Shown in pieces: positions 1-12,625 of a stretch of DNA of 38,273 bases; the stretch's first letter is position 1, and every line of letters begins with the position of its first letter. A program made the translations under genes and the position numbers. The stretch is from assembly GCA_000320545.1 (NCBI GenBank), contig ADNK01002211.1, positions 1 through 38,273 on the forward strand, written 5' to 3'. This DNA is from Bigelowiella natans CCMP2755. Its lineage: Eukaryota; Protista; Cercozoa. The notes beneath the pieces are model-generated. The model had not been told where the DNA came from. It did not search any database and saw only the letters and a program-made list of their open reading frames with translations.

Positions 1-1
1 A

Positions 2-127
2 CTAACCCTAACCCTAACCCTAACCCTAACCCTAACCCTAACCCTAACCCTAACCCTAACCCTAACCCTAACCCTAACCCTAACCCTAACCCTAACCCTA
101 ACCCTAACCCTAACCCTAACCCTAACC
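2..127 (-). repeat. Telomeric repeat array, 21 perfect CTAACC units (TTAGGG on - strand); chromosome left end
   Basis: Uninterrupted CCCTAA hexamers from the start of the window, with the C-rich strand at the 5' end as expected for a left telomere. Confidence 0.98.
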
Positions 128-600
128 CTGACCCCTATCCTGACCCTCATCCTGACCCTCAACCTGACCCTCATCCTGACCCTCATCCTGACCCTCATCC
201 TGAACCTTTTTGCGGTCCCCACTTTGGCCGTGATGATGACCCTGATCCTGATTCTTGTCGCGGTCCTCACTTTGGCCGTGATTTCAACCCTGATCCTGAC
301 CCTTGTCGCAGCCCTAACCTGTTCTCCTCGTCTCACTCCTGGTCCCAATGCTGATCCCGGTGCTCATCCCAACCCTCACCCCAACCCTGGTCCAAACTCC
401 TCACCAAAAACCGTGACTCTGACCCTCATCCCAGCCCTGACCCAAAACCCTCACCACTTTCCGTGACTTTGGCCCTTTCTTTTGCCCTGAAAAAAACCCT
501 GGTCGATTTTTGCGACAAGTTTTCCTCACTTTGACTCTCACTTTGATCGTCACTTTGGTCGTCACTTTGGTCGTGGCCCAGGAGAAAACCCTGGTTTGCC
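128..600. repeat. Degenerate telomere-derived subtelomeric repeats
   Basis: A 6/12-bp periodicity continues past the telomere: several CCTGACCCTCAT units (~139-203), a duplicated GCGGTCCYCACTTTGGCCGTGAT (~212 and ~260), and a 12-mer series of CACTTTGGTCGT type (~527-575). Confidence 0.85.
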
Positions 601-1440
601 ACTTGACACGTTGTCAGGCTCAATGCAGTTTGTGCAAATTGTGTTTTTTGCTTGTGGGGAAGACAGGGGTTTGCGGCATTGCACGTCTTCATTGGCAATG
701 TGCATCAGGTTTGACACGTGTCTTGCAGTTGCAATGCGTGTGTGATGTGCGATCGTCATGGTCGTCGTTGTGGGTTGCTGTGATGCGCATGACTGCGAGG
801 GAAAGTCACGTTGATTGCATTTTGGTCAAAAGTGTCACGCTCATTGGCCTGCGCAAAGATGGTGAATCACCAACAGACAAGCTGCGGCCGGCAAAATTGC
901 GCAATGGCGATCGTCATGCACAGCCCAAAACGCATGTTGATGTGAGACAAAAAGCGTTGCACGGTCTCAAAATCTCATTGCTTGACAAAAACTTCCACAA
1001 TTGAGAAACAAAGGACCAAAATGACTACAATCAATGTGGTTCACTGCCTCCCTCGCAAATCAAGAATCACTTTTGAGCTGGAGCACACATTTTCGATCCG
1101 ACAAGCTTCATGTTTGAACGTGATCGAGTCATGGAGGCAGCACGCCTGAGCACAACATGTCCCACAGACACAAAAATTCACTACACACTCATTTCTACGG
1201 ATTGTCAGTCGTTACCTGTCTTCAAGGTCGTCAGCCACAGACTTTATTTGCACACGTTTGTTGATGACACCATCCACTCCAGTCTGCCACATGGTTCATC
1301 ATCTCAAATTGTGAAACGCTTCATGATCATGATGACCACACCCCCTTTGCATGTGACAATCGCATTTAATCACAACCTTCCAGAAAGTTTTTGAGTCTTT
1401 TGAATCACTTTTTCCCACAGATTTCGATGTCTCTTTACGA
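128..1440. other. TpA-depleted subtelomeric domain
   Basis: No TA dinucleotide from 317 to 1025. The first survivors inward are CTAC (1025, 1181, 1195). TA frequency returns to background after ~1450. Confidence 0.9.
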
Positions 1441-1846
1441 ACGCCAATCTTGAAATGACACATGGCAATGAGTGTAATTTCTAAGAATGTTCTCTTGTAA
1501 TTTAAACAACTAATCTACAACCACAAAAAATCGAAGATGTCATTAAACGTTTCATAAACTATGATATAAAATTTAAATACAATTCTCAAAAAACATCACC
1601 TCATTGAATCGAATGCTATACTTGTGTAGATGTCCTATGTACACGGTAGCAGGTCAGACTATCGGCATTCAGTGTTTCACGTAGAATTAGGGAAGAAACT
1701 AGACCATAGACCTATCATATGCTTTGGGGTTCTTTTGATACATGTCTGAGCTTGAGGACCAATCTTTTTTAAAAAATTGTAGAATTGAGGATGGCGAAGG
1801 TTTATTAACTGCAACTTACTATAACATGGTGGTTGCTACACTCATA

Positions 1847-1893
<47 letters not shown>

Positions 1894-2778
1894 AATATCT
1901 GAATTTCATATTTATGATTAATTAGCAAGATTATTACATGTGGAAATTCATGCTTGAATCGATGTTTATGATCCTGACTCATGTAGTCTCCGTAGCCTTC
2001 TCTCTGATGAATCATTTCACGTGGAACATCGGCTGTAGCTCACAACTAGAACAATCATAATGAATTCTGATATTTGATTGAGTTTGAGAGGTACCATTTT
2101 GGCAATATTTTTGAGCTTATTTCCTCTCCATGTTGACCTCATATTGCTTAGTAGGTGATAAAAAGAATACCAACATTAATTGTTAGAGATATAGCTTGCG
2201 TCAATTTTATTCACCCATACTTTTGATCGAGTCACATTTATGACAAATTTATCTTACTGCCTCTATAAATATCCTCCATCATCATTATTATCATCATCAT
2301 ACTTCATGACCAGAAGCTACACTAGGAAGGAGAATGATAACGAAATTCGAAGATCTCTTATTACCTAAGTCGGCCATATTCGGTCCGTATTCTCCTTTGA
2401 TTTTCCTGATATATAACAACGAGGAATTCATTTACCTTGTTTGAAATTGCATTACCACTTTCATTGTATTCGGTAGTCTTTTACATGCAAAGTTCCACGA
2501 TATAAATTTAAAAGCGGTGTATAAAAAGCGGTGTATGTTGCAGAACTGATCGAGAACTTGTTCAAAATCAGAAGGTTTCCAATGATTGAGACAATTTCGC
2601 TACAACACTATGTATATTGAATTTCCTTTTTTCTGATCCGATTGTTTTTTCAGCTAGTATTACGTATCCTAGCACGGCTCTGTTAAAAGTTCTCGAGAGA
2701 AACGTTTGCCTCTCTAATCATACACACAAACACAGAAAACATAGAGAGAGAAGTAATTCAATGTATCCATGCACATAT

Positions 2779-2863
<85 letters not shown>

Positions 2864-3644
2864 CGTGTGTGGTGTTTATTTCGTGGAAGGCAATCATTTC
2901 CTCACATAGACTTTAATAGCATTCTTCCATCCGCCTCTCCCTACCTACTACTCTCTTTTTCTCATTTTTTATTCGGCAATTATTTTATAAATATACCTAA
3001 TAATATCCCTACCTACTACTCTCTTTTTCTCATTTTCTATTCGCGCATTATTTTATTATATACCTTGCTTTTGCAAAGGTTCCATTCCGTATACTCTACC
3101 CGCTCCCTCTTTTCTCTATGAAAACACATTAGTAATAAAGATAAGATTGTATGACAGCGTACAGTCCTCTTTAAATTGTTGTTATGAATTAGTCTATTAT
3201 TCTCTTAAAGGGGACCCAGAACTCCTCTTTAAATTGTTGTTATGAATTAGTCTATTCTCTGAAAGGGAATTCGGAACCTTAAGTCTTTCGATTTCACTAG
3301 CATGAAGGGAAGTCTTTGGGCGAGATTCAATTAAATCTCTGGCAATTCAAGTTGGAAAAACAACGAATAACATAAATGAACTGTGTGATGATGATAAATA
3401 CAACACAACGAAAAAAACATAAATGAAATATGTGATGATAAATACAAAACAACGAAAAACATACTGCCGTGATGATGAATACAGTAAACAGCCCCACCAC
3501 ACTTACCTTGTCTTTGTCAAAGTCTCATGAGAGGGCGACGCACTGAAGCGGTGAATGCCTGAGTTATAGATGAGGATGAGAATGCTGATGATTCATTCAT
3601 GTGGCTTGCTGCTGAATATACGATGGATGGATGGATGTAGTAGC

Positions 3645-3676
<32 letters not shown>

Positions 3677-4653
3677 CAGTAGTAGTAGGTGTGAATCACG
3701 AATCACGAATTTCATATCGCAGAGAAGAAACAGCATTAATAACGCCCAAGTAGTAGAAACGGCTCGAAGTTGCAATGGTACAGAAGTAGCAATGATGGAT
3801 ATTTATTGAGTGTGAGGATAGCAGACACTGAAGCGAGCTATTATTTCATACGTTGGCTACGGGTAACTTCAACTGGGGCAGTATATATCTGAAGAGATGA
3901 TGAAGCAGAGGAAGAATATGACGAGAGAGACAACAATGACAAATAAGATTAGGCAGTACGACTCTAACTATTAAAATATGGAGGATGTGTAAATGTTACT
4001 AACGTCGTTTGTCACTCACTGCCTTGTGTTCGTTGATTATGCACATTTTTCTATATAGCTACATGTATTATTATACTGGCCAAAGACTGGCATATGTGGT
4101 GGCTATCCAAAATCTAATATGAGACCTCTCTCTTCGCTGTAGTGGAATCCACGTAGTTATTGATTTCGACGACGCCCTCCTTCTGATGTAATGACATGTG
4201 TAACTACCACCTTCTCACTTTTTTTCAACACAAAAAATATCACTACAAAGATTTTGAATCGCAACAAAATCTCCTTGATAGATGAATAAAAACGTACCAT
4301 ATAACTCGGAGGTTCTATAACTGCTTCCATCTGGATATTCTTCTTGGTTGCTAGTATTGACTGGAATGAAGGATTGTGACGGTATCTCTGAGGTTGCCCG
4401 AGATATTCTCTTCCATCGTTTTTGAAGTTGTACCTGAAGAGAAGTGCTTCTCGTAAATACTCATGGTCTTGCAGGAAGGTGTTAGGGGAATATAATCCCT
4501 TTAAATGTTAAAAATCAAACAGAAAATAACCTCCATTCGAAAGTCTTGAGTTGATTCTGTAAAGGATGGTCTATTTCTTGCTCGAATGGCGCAGTTGGAT
4601 CCACCTTCCTCCGAGGAGATGAACGCCGAAAGTGAATATTCCGCCTTGGCCTT
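1216..4653 (-). CDS. Intron-rich gene of unknown function, transcribed toward the telomere; both ends uncertain
   Basis: Hand splicing at GT-AG sites gives phase-consistent exons: GQGGIFTFGVHLLGGR / PSFTESTQDFRME / TMSIYEKHFSSA / TKKNIQMEAVIEPPSYM / KEGVVEINNYVDSTTAKRE / LYRKMCIINEHKA / IYTAPVEVTRSQR / IHRFSASPSHETLTKTR / DLIESRPKTSLHASEIERLK. Strong donors include GTAAGT (~3501), GTGAGT (~4014) and GTACGT (~4292). Further candidate exons run down to 1377-1480 and ~1216. No family recognised. Confidence 0.6.
2938..3064. repeat. Intronic tandem duplication, 68-bp period, 2 copies
   Basis: TCCCTACCTACTACTCTCTTTTTCTCATTTT at 2938 and 3006. Confidence 0.85.
3165..3268. repeat. Intronic tandem duplication, 58-bp period, 2 copies
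   Basis: TCCTCTTTAAATTGTTGTTATGAATTAGTCTATT at 3165 and 3223. Confidence 0.85.
3357..3483. repeat. Intronic minisatellite, 3 degenerate ~40-45 bp units
   Basis: ACAACGAA..ACATA..GTGATGAT..AATAC repeated three times. Confidence 0.75.
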
Positions 4654-5023
4654 TGCATGAAATACTTATGAGGAATTCATAACAGACGATGCATTCAACT
4701 ATGTTCCTCCTAACCTTGACTGCATCTTCTGAAAAGTATTTTTTTACGTGGACAAGGGGTCGAGCGAGCGAGCGTTTCGCGTCCAGATTTGCATGAGCGA
4801 GACAATAAAATGTCAATGAATAGTGACTTGAATGCAGGCCATTTATTTGAAATATATTCTTGTCGAGATATCTGATGCAGCTACGAATTATTACAGCAGA
4901 AATAATGCTAGCGAAAATTGTTTTCACACGTGTTGTTCAGTCACGAATTGTTCTCCTGTTTGTTGTTTAGTTGGTCAAAAACATGTTATAACTATTTCTA
5001 AATACGGGAGACCTAATAATAAC

Positions 5024-5064
<41 letters not shown>

Positions 5065-5489
5065 AAGATAGATTCACCACGCCACCAACCATCGGAACTC
5101 AGAAAGGGCGCCCCCACCCCCTGAACGATGGCGGATCACATCGTAATTCATCTATCAAAACTACATTCCGAAAATTTTTTGAATTTGAAGCAAGCTCATA
5201 CAATAATCTAAAGTTTGATTGTTGAACATGTAACCCCCTCACTACTTTGTTTAATACCCAACCAGCGTATTGTCCCAGTGTGCTTGTTGCATGCTATGAT
5301 GGCACTGTCATCATGCGTCCCATCCCAAATTACGCAGCAGGGTTAGACATCATTTTTACTTAGCGCATATCAAAATTATGAAATTCCATCGTCAGCAAAA
5401 GCTACATAATCACAGCACTACGTCACATGCTACTTACCTCCTGCATTGAAATCCCACGCATTATTAGCTCTCGAATGTAGTCAAGGAGC

Positions 5490-6949
5490 ATGGCATCATC
5501 ATCAATCATTATCCTTGCACTACTAGGTACACAGTCACAAGCGACAAAAACTTCTGTAGCTGCGAGTTACTCAGGGATATACAGCAGCAGTAGCAGCAAT
5601 TTTTTACCTCCACAACTACCTCAAGGTATAAAGGCAAAATAAATATTAGTATGATGGTGTTTTTTCTAGGAACCAGACACAGCAGTCCAATCACAACACC
5701 AATGATACAAATTCAGGTCGAAAACTCAAAGAGAAGGAACACCACGAGCAAATAGATGACACAGAGACCATTGCTGGTTCAATACCACATCAGCCTTCCT
5801 CAAAGATACTGCTATTGAGTAGGGCTATCATCTCCTCACTCTTTACAACAAGGACGACGACGACGACATCACGGTAGTCGACGAAATTTAGTTCGAATTA
5901 GTAGTAAAAGAATAATAGATAATGTAGGTAGAAAAAGTGCAGAAGTAGCGGAAGAGCAAGAAGCAAACTTCTTATATAGGACAATTCTTACGTGGTTGTA
6001 ATTGCCTTTACATGTGAGAACTTGCCCATATGGAGGAGCAAAATATTAGCTCACATTTGGAATCGTATTCTACTTCCAAAAACGATAACACCTCATTTTC
6101 CTCAATATACAAGGGCAGTATTTTCACACCGTAGTACACAACTCACAATTAAGCAACCCGTTCTCTTCTTAGACTTCACATTAACTATTTATTAATATTC
6201 GTTGATTTAACAATTCACTCTTCTTCTTCTTCTTCTTCTTCTTCTTCTTCTTTTCTTCTTCTTCTCCCTCTCCTTCTCTTCCTTCTTCAATTTCCAGGAA
6301 TGTTCGTGTAAATTCGGAGCTAGGACCAATGAGACAACGAGAGCCTGAGAAGAGTATACACTAATTAGTAATTATCATAAGGTAGCAGTATTTTGGTAGT
6401 GGTGAAAACTATTTGTCATTATTCTTTAGGCCCAAGGCGAGGTGTTGGTACTCTCACGAAGGAGAGAAGGAAGGAGGTAAAAATGGTCAAGATCATTAAA
6501 GAGAACGATTTACTAATCGATGAACGAATTTTAAGTAAAGGATTTTTGACGTGTAAAAATTTGAATGCCCAACTTTGAAGGAACTGTCCATGACATAAAT
6601 GTACATTACGTAACATCGTGCACGACAAAGTGGATATTGACGTGTTATTATTCTGCGTGTCTGTGTGTGTGTGGGGTGTATATGCTTTTGAATTAGCTTA
6701 CGGTAACTGACAGTTTACGAGGGGCTGCAGGTAGTAGACCTACAAATACATCTTTGTTGCATTCATGGTTAGTTCATATATTATTACACTAAAAAGCTTT
6801 ATGGGGTATCGTCGTTGCTGCACAGACACTTGGAAGCCTTGCGTAAGAAAATCCATTCCTAGTTTTGTACATTTATTTGTTCGAACATTAAATCAATAAA
6901 GGCAACCTCAAGAAACAGAAAAATATTTAGTCTTCCCCCTCTTCCCCTT

Positions 6950-7000
<51 letters not shown>

Positions 7001-9607
7001 TGTGTGTGTGTGTGTGATTGTGTGTGTGTGTGTTGTGTATCCGAACCCTCTTGCTGTTAAATTTCTGCACTACCACAAAGTACCACCACTCAATTCTTCC
7101 TTCTACTTCCATTAATTCGGAAATTCTTTCCTAGTAAATCGTTTCAAGGTGGAGGTGGAGGTGGTGGGTTTACACCGTGGGGAGGAGGCGGGGGAGGTAG
7201 CAAAATTTATTGCATTTATTCTTCGTCGTATAAACAAGCTGGTTCCCCGTCTAGTATTCTTATTCTTTCGAGTTGTAAATAAGTACCGTGTATTACTATT
7301 TTCCCGGTTATCACTTGGCACATTACCCTTAATTATGTTGTGTATGTAAAACGCAACTTTATTATAACGTGCATGCATCATGTCATCCTTTTCTCCCCCT
7401 TTTTTCCCAGTCAATCCAGCCGCTTCTTTCACGGAATAAGATACTTATTTGAATTCAGGTGGAGGGGGAGGGATGTACGGACCAATGATACCGCCACAAC
7501 AAGACGAGAATAGGCCTGGGTAAAAACCGTATGTGTTTACTACGACACTAGAAAGAATGATTAGATATTTTTATTCCTCATCCACTCTTTATCATCCACT
7601 ACGTTTAACAAGTAACTACAGTATAAAACAAAATGGAGTAAGTTACTCAATATATCTAGTTACTTCGCACATTTTTTCTTCTTTGGGGATATAGAATAAA
7701 CAGAAATAGTATTGTATTAACAGGGACTGTCATGTAATATGCATCGAGTTCTATCGGCATCCGGTATTTGATGAATAATTATATTGCATTTACTAACGAA
7801 TTATGATTTGAATTTTTTTTGATATTAACCGAAATCATTACTTTTAGCGACTCTATGCTTATTCTTATTCCAAGTTCAAGTATGAAGCAGGGCCTCCAGA
7901 CAAGTAATTCAAAAAACTGTATTTTCTGTAGACCATGAACGATGAATAATTAAAATTATCATTTAGTATTCTTTTAGATGTATTTAGCTATTCCATTACA
8001 TTGCCAATATCATTATCTTGCTGTATAGGTTCGGTCAAATAAATGGGCCCCAGGTTCGTAAAGTAAAACTCAAACACAAGAAAGTAAGTAGTGATTGAAG
8101 TGGAAGTAAACTGAGAAAAAAAATGATAATTAAGAAAAAGATTTACCAATATCTGCATCTAAAAATGTATCAATATCTGGGTATAGAATTATTTAATTTT
8201 AAATGTCGGTATATTTACGACCGAATTCTGTATCAAGTAATATGTAGTCTCTATCTAGAATAATTTTCTTCTTTTTCACTTTACTGAATAAGTTTCTCCT
8301 GTTCTGTGCAGAAGGAGTATCTGAGGGAGATTGAAGCAACTGAGACAATTGATAAGGTAAAATAGGATTGAACAACAATTTAATCACGGAATCATAAGCG
8401 TGAGAGTGTATTTAGCTGGTAAAAAGGAACATCTACAAACAAGGATAGAATAATGATAAAGATAGAATCACACTGTTATGAAAATCTATGATTTTGAAGG
8501 CTACCTTATGGCTAACTATAAAAACAAGTCTTGGAAGGGTATTGTAAAGAATACCACTGATTAAAAAATGATACACCAATGAATTCTTCAAAATCAAAAT
8601 TTTTACGGATTCACTGAATTTTTTCCCTTCTTTTTTTAAAGCTCTCGCTTCTTTCTTGTTCATCAATCGAAATATTTAGGAGGTTCTAGTGAATTTCACA
8701 GCCAATGCCACTGGACCCTTGCCACCGTAAGACAAATTTTCCAGAATTATGAGTGATGATGAATAATTATTATATTATAAAATGCACAGTTATTGACACT
8801 CGTTTTAAATATGTACGTACAAGTTTTAAAAATTATTTTTATATTTGACAGGATGCATGACTTCTCTATGCTAAGGAGTAGAAAGTATCGAGAATACGTT
8901 ACGAATTACTTATTAGTTATTAAATGCTAAATAAATTGCAAGTAATATTGGCTACAAAATTTTTTGTACATATCTATCACCAGCCACTTCTTGTTGAAAT
9001 ACTTTTTATAGGAAAATTAACGTTTTTAAACAAAAATCTCTTAGCTATTCTGAAAATATTCCCAGAACATGATGATATCTCTGTACAATCTTCATCACTT
9101 TGTTATACTTTTGGATTTATCTCACTACCATCAGATATGTTGCAATGCAGGGGAACGAAATAGTAGGTGTATCAAAAATTTTATTTTCTTTAGTAGCATA
9201 GAGCTTATGTCTAATATTAGAATTTTCCATACCTCCATAATATGAAATAAAAGCCAGAAACAGTGAGGTGAGACTAAAACTGTGGTAGTAGCAATAACTG
9301 GTGCAGTAAGTACAAATAGTACAAATGATTAAAATTTGTATCCCTGTATCCTATTTTATCATAATATAAATGTAATGTTCAATATGGATTTTACACTTAT
9401 TGTTTAGTTTGCCCTTAAATAAAATTCAGGCATATATCTCACAGAATCTCAATCGAAGATTCCTCTAGTATGTTGTATATTACACCCCATCTACCAACAT
9501 ACAAAATGATATAGTTGATAATAGTATTTGTAAGTGATTCAAACCCTACATAATAAACGATTTATGGTAGTTTAGATTAATTTAGATCTAATAATGTATT
9601 GCATCAG

Positions 9608-9654
<47 letters not shown>

Positions 9655-10061
9655 AATACATATATGAAAACTGTCATTCGGTTCTTGATCAGTATTAATC
9701 TAGTTTAATTTTTTAACTTCAATCGATATGTTCTTCTATTTTTTCTTAAAAAACTAAATATTTTCCCTTATACATTTCGTAATAAGGTCCGTGGGATTTA
9801 TGAGCGTGCATACGAAATGACACATGCACAGGTTTCACATCTAATTATTGAAATCACGCAATCTAAAGAAATTAATGCTATGAATCCGATATCAATGAAA
9901 CAAATATACTGAATATTTGTTTTTTAATTGAGAATTTATTATTTTTTACTCCGTAAGGTATTTCTAATTCTACTCTACTCTTTTTCCTTTTTTTACAGTA
10001 CTCGCACTCAAACAAGGTATTTGGAGGGTCAAACTATCAAACCTCGAACTCAGGTCGTCTT

Positions 10062-10129
<68 letters not shown>

Positions 10130-10597
10130 TTATTCCTGGTTTTGGTCGTAGTCTCATTGGTCTCATATCTTAGCAGTTGGTACAATATCTATCTCATTAT
10201 AGCTATTCCTCTACTAGATACGAAGACAGAAGAAAATATAAGTGCGGGAGATCTTAGATGGAATCAACAGCCGGTATCCATGAAAGTTCCTGTTAAAAAA
10301 TATAATATAACTAAATTTATTTTAATTTATATTAAAAAAAGATATTCATAAAATCTTTATTTTGCTTATCTAAAATATATCTTATATTGGAATTATTATT
10401 CTAATTGGTGTCCACGAATCAATTGCAATAATAAATCACATTATGGCGGTGATGGGAGGGGGTATGATTTAATATCTTACTTTTTATAGAATGCCAACTT
10501 CAATGTTTTTCCTTTTCGCTAGGCTGCCAAGAAACCTGGAAGATGGATTTTAACAACCACTCCCGAACTACCGAAAACAGAGTATGCTTTTAGATAG
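5490..10597 (+). CDS. Intron-rich gene of unknown function with a signal-peptide-like N-terminus, Ser/Thr/Arg-rich segment and poly-Gly linker; possibly plastid-targeted
   Basis: Phase-consistent exon chain: MASSSIIILALLG.. / GRKLKEKEHHEQ..FTTRTTTTTSR / NVRVNSELGPMRQREPEE / SPRRGVGTLTKERRKE / LTVTDSLRGAA / GGGGGGGFTPWGGGGG / GGGGGMYGPMIPPQQDENRPG / DCHVICIEFYRHP / RLYAYSYSKFKYEAGPPDK / FGQINGPQ / KEYLREIEATETIDK / EVLVNFTANATGPLPP / MHDFSMLRSRK / YVAMQGNEIVG / IYLTESQSKIPL / VRGIYERAYEMTHAQ / YSHSNKVFGGSNYQTSNSD / TKTEENISAGDLRWNQQP / AAKKPGRWILTTTPELPKTEYAFR*, with TAG at 10595-10597. Confidence 0.7.
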
Positions 10598-11234
10598 GCC
10601 ATGGATGAAAGGAAAAAAATGTTCTTTTGATATTATATTATTATTGATTAAAAATGACCTGTAGAGTTGTAACAATCACGTATACAATTTGTTAATTGAT
10701 CATGTACATATGTATCCATGTATATATGTTTACATGTATATATGTGTATATGTATATTTGCGTTTGTGTGTGTATGTGACGTGTTTGTGGCGAGTGCATG
10801 TGCACAATATGTGCGCATATTTGAGAATTGCATTGTACTTTCGCCAGCCAAACACATGCAACCACTGTCTACATGTGCTACTAAGATATTCATGCACGAT
10901 ACATATGATGAGCATTCAATGAAACGAAAAACATGTCCCTTCCAAACCCTTCCCTAAATTTGATTTGGATGAAATCATTCTGGTGATAAATTTTGCACAT
11001 GATCATTGGAATTTGATCGAGTGAATTGGCATGATCGCATGCAGTCAGCAACGCGCAGGCGTAGCTCTTCATCAATGCAAATCAAACACAATGACGTGTG
11101 ACTTTAAAAAAAATCCAACCTGTTGCTTGATCATCGATTTTTTCTTTTGCAATGTTGCCGTGCGCGCACGCATGCATCGCTAGCTGCAGCAGGCCACACA
11201 CGTACACGCATGACATTTTGTGCTGCATGCATGT

Positions 11235-11266
<32 letters not shown>

Positions 11267-12551
11267 ACAAGTTCGTCAAATAACCTGCAACGAATCGCCA
11301 GAATGTGCATTTGGATACGAAGCTTTTGCGCGCGACCAAGCGCGTCATGTGATGCAATGGACATTGGATTTGCTCGCATTTCTTTGAAATTTTTCGTGCA
11401 CATCACATTTGGTCAAACGCACACACAAAAACATTCAAAATGTGGCAGCTAGAGTACAAACGCGCAGCGTGCATCCGCTACACAACGGGTGTGAATTTTC
11501 ACACTTTGAGGCCTTGAAAATGGACATTTTGGTGTCAACATTTCGATCATTTTTTCAGGTTTGGCCATCGGACAAGTTCTGATGACTTTTCTTTGACTAA
11601 CTGCAACTGCCTGCTGCTTCAAAGCGCGTTGCAAAGCGCTGCACTGTTCACAACCCCGTCGTTGCCGGGTTTGACGGACTTGTGGTGTGCTGTGCACATG
11701 TGTGATTGCGTCTTCATCTTTTGTCGCACATGCACGTAGCGTCGTGCTCGGGGACGTGTGCATCGATCGTGCGTGCATGCGCACGCTAGCACAGGCGTGC
11801 AGAGGCGAATGTCATGCTTGCATGCGCGAATTGCACTTGCAACACACGTGATCAATTGGCGCACATGATGGAATGAACACAATTGAGGGCTGTGCGTGCA
11901 GGATGACGATCGGATTTGCTGCTGGTGCATGATGTGCTAGATGTGCCCGCCCTGCTGCACACGTGCACATGGCTGGTGTGAGTGGTCGCAATTTTGAGGC
12001 CCATTTGTTTTGCAAAAACAGCAAAAGCGAATGATGCGATGTCGATCATGTGCGCATTCATTTCGATCAGCATTCGTCGCACATCGTCCACCGCGCCAAA
12101 ATCCAACCGTGCGACCGTGCGCGCAACGCACGAAAGGTGTCGTCGATCGCGGCTAGGCGGCGCTGATGTGGATGTGACACACCTGCTGGACATGGCATGG
12201 CAGCATCTCCACGCCGATCACAACTGCATCAATCCCGGTGACGAGTGGGTTTTGAACAAACTGTGCTTTGCGCGTGCGGCCTGGTGCGCTCAATCGTTGC
12301 AATTTGACATTGGAAGCACACTGGAGCCTGTTTCTAGTGTTTGAGGTTCAAACTTGATTTTTTTTCGAATTTCAGCTTGAAAACCTCACTTTTCAACGCC
12401 TGCCAGCGGGCGAAAATTGAAAAATTCTTGCCACTTTTGAACACGCTAGCGCATTTGCATTTGCGTGCCACAAGTTTTGCAAGCTCATGAGGGTGTGCAC
12501 ACACTGGCTTCATGGACGTGCGAAGTTTCAGCACACGCACGCAAAAAGCAC

Positions 12552-12625
12552 TGTGAGTGGTTTTTGCCTTTGAACCACTCACAGTTCGCGAACTGTGAGT
12601 GGTTCAAAGGCAAAATCCACTCACA
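12552..12625. repeat. 74-bp near-perfect palindrome whose two arms are themselves hairpins
   Basis: TGTGAGTGGTTTTTGCCTTTGAACCACTCACAGTTCG|CGAACTGTGAGTGGTTCAAAGGCAAAATCCACTCACA: 37-bp arms, 1 mismatch, no spacer, four alternating-orientation copies of TGTGAGTGG. Confidence 0.95.

Noticed and set aside
1077-1120. AGAHIFDP back-converting to AGVYIFDP, resembling an NTP-transferase motif
   Set aside because: Too short, dependent on assumed reversion, and no adjoining exon fits.
1690-4660. A + strand gene assembled from AG/GT-bounded segments
   Set aside because: Phases could not be chained without stops, whereas the - strand gives a long consistent exon chain.
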